Made by a program: the position numbers and the translations under genes
The notes under the pieces: generated by a model
Told to the model about the DNA's origin: nothing
What the model saw: only the letters and a program-made list of their open reading frames with translations
Databases searched by the model: none
Assembly (NCBI RefSeq): GCF_018977255.1
Contig: NW_024704742.1
Span: 88,538,001 to 88,602,000, forward strand
Length of the DNA stretch: 64,000 bases
Direction: 5' to 3'
Source: Callorhinchus milii
Taxonomy: Eukaryota
Shown here: piece by piece, positions 63,474 through 64,000 of the stretch
Position numbering within the stretch: position 1 is the first letter of the stretch
Layout of the letters: each line of letters begins with the position of its first letter

Positions 63474-64000
63474 AGGTTCATCATTGATAATGTTTCAAAA
63501 CTGATTAATCACTTCCTTTGGAAGTCCCAAGTGGCTTGAGATTAGATTGTCTTTATGTTCAAATATATGTTCTCTGACAGAACAGTCGTCTCTCTGGTTA
63601 ATTCCTGCAGTTAACTTCTGTTTAGCCTTCATTATGATTCTTGTTACAGCTGTTAGTCTTCCTCCAAGTGAAAATAATCTTCAATCGCTGCTGAATGCAT
63701 AATTGTTGTGTGTGCTTGTCCTACACAAAGCATTTAGGAATCAAACTTAGTCCTTCGTATCCATAACATAAATCACACAATAATTATTTCAAATAGTAAA
63801 GCCAGCTATTCTAAAGTAAATCAGGAGTTTTTTGTTGCTTACCTTCATTGCTCTATATCCAATCTTGTTACGTCCTTGATAAGCAACTGCTTAAGCGTAT
63901 TGTGAAATTAGCCAATTTATGCTACAGAATTTTAACTAGTAATTTGTTTTTGTTCATTTTCATTAATTTTTTTCATTTTCATGTCTTCACTACTGCATTT

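Noticed and set aside
63843..63890. next upstream SPATA6L exon (AAG|gtaagc donor)
   Set aside because: Translation does not resemble the expected SPATA6-domain exon and the acceptor is poor; the real exon is probably outside the window.
1..64000. prokaryotic systems (CRISPR arrays, operons) or rRNA
   Set aside because: Spliced vertebrate genes and retroposons only; no repeat-spacer array or rRNA-like sequence seen.

Overview
Repeat-rich vertebrate genomic DNA; the CR1, L2, Deu-domain SINE and Penelope-like repeats suggest a cartilaginous fish (inference). Plus strand 3.0-16.6 kb: exons 3-12 of the glutamate/cysteine transporter SLC1A1 (EAAT3/EAAC1), with consistent phases and GT-AG junctions. 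Minus strand 60.1-48.2 kb: eight reconstructed coding exons of the convergent neighbour SPATA6L (5' part outside the window), including a candidate 30-nt microexon. The ORF track misses the most unusual feature: between the two genes (~23.4-42.4 kb, plus strand) the non-repeat DNA translates, through many stops and frameshifts, into a collinear series of polycystin-1-family motifs (REJ, GAIN/GPS, TM1, PLAT, TM2-TM6, TOP start). I read it as a fossil PKDREJ-like gene broken up by transposons. Also present: minimal hammerhead-ribozyme-like motifs in three Penelope-like fragments, two SINE copies sharing an 88-bp 5' extension, an unclassified repeat hit twice at nearly the same site, and an internally deleted near-full-length CR1. 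All homology calls are by eye and from memory of family motifs; no searches were run. Repeat boundaries are approximate.
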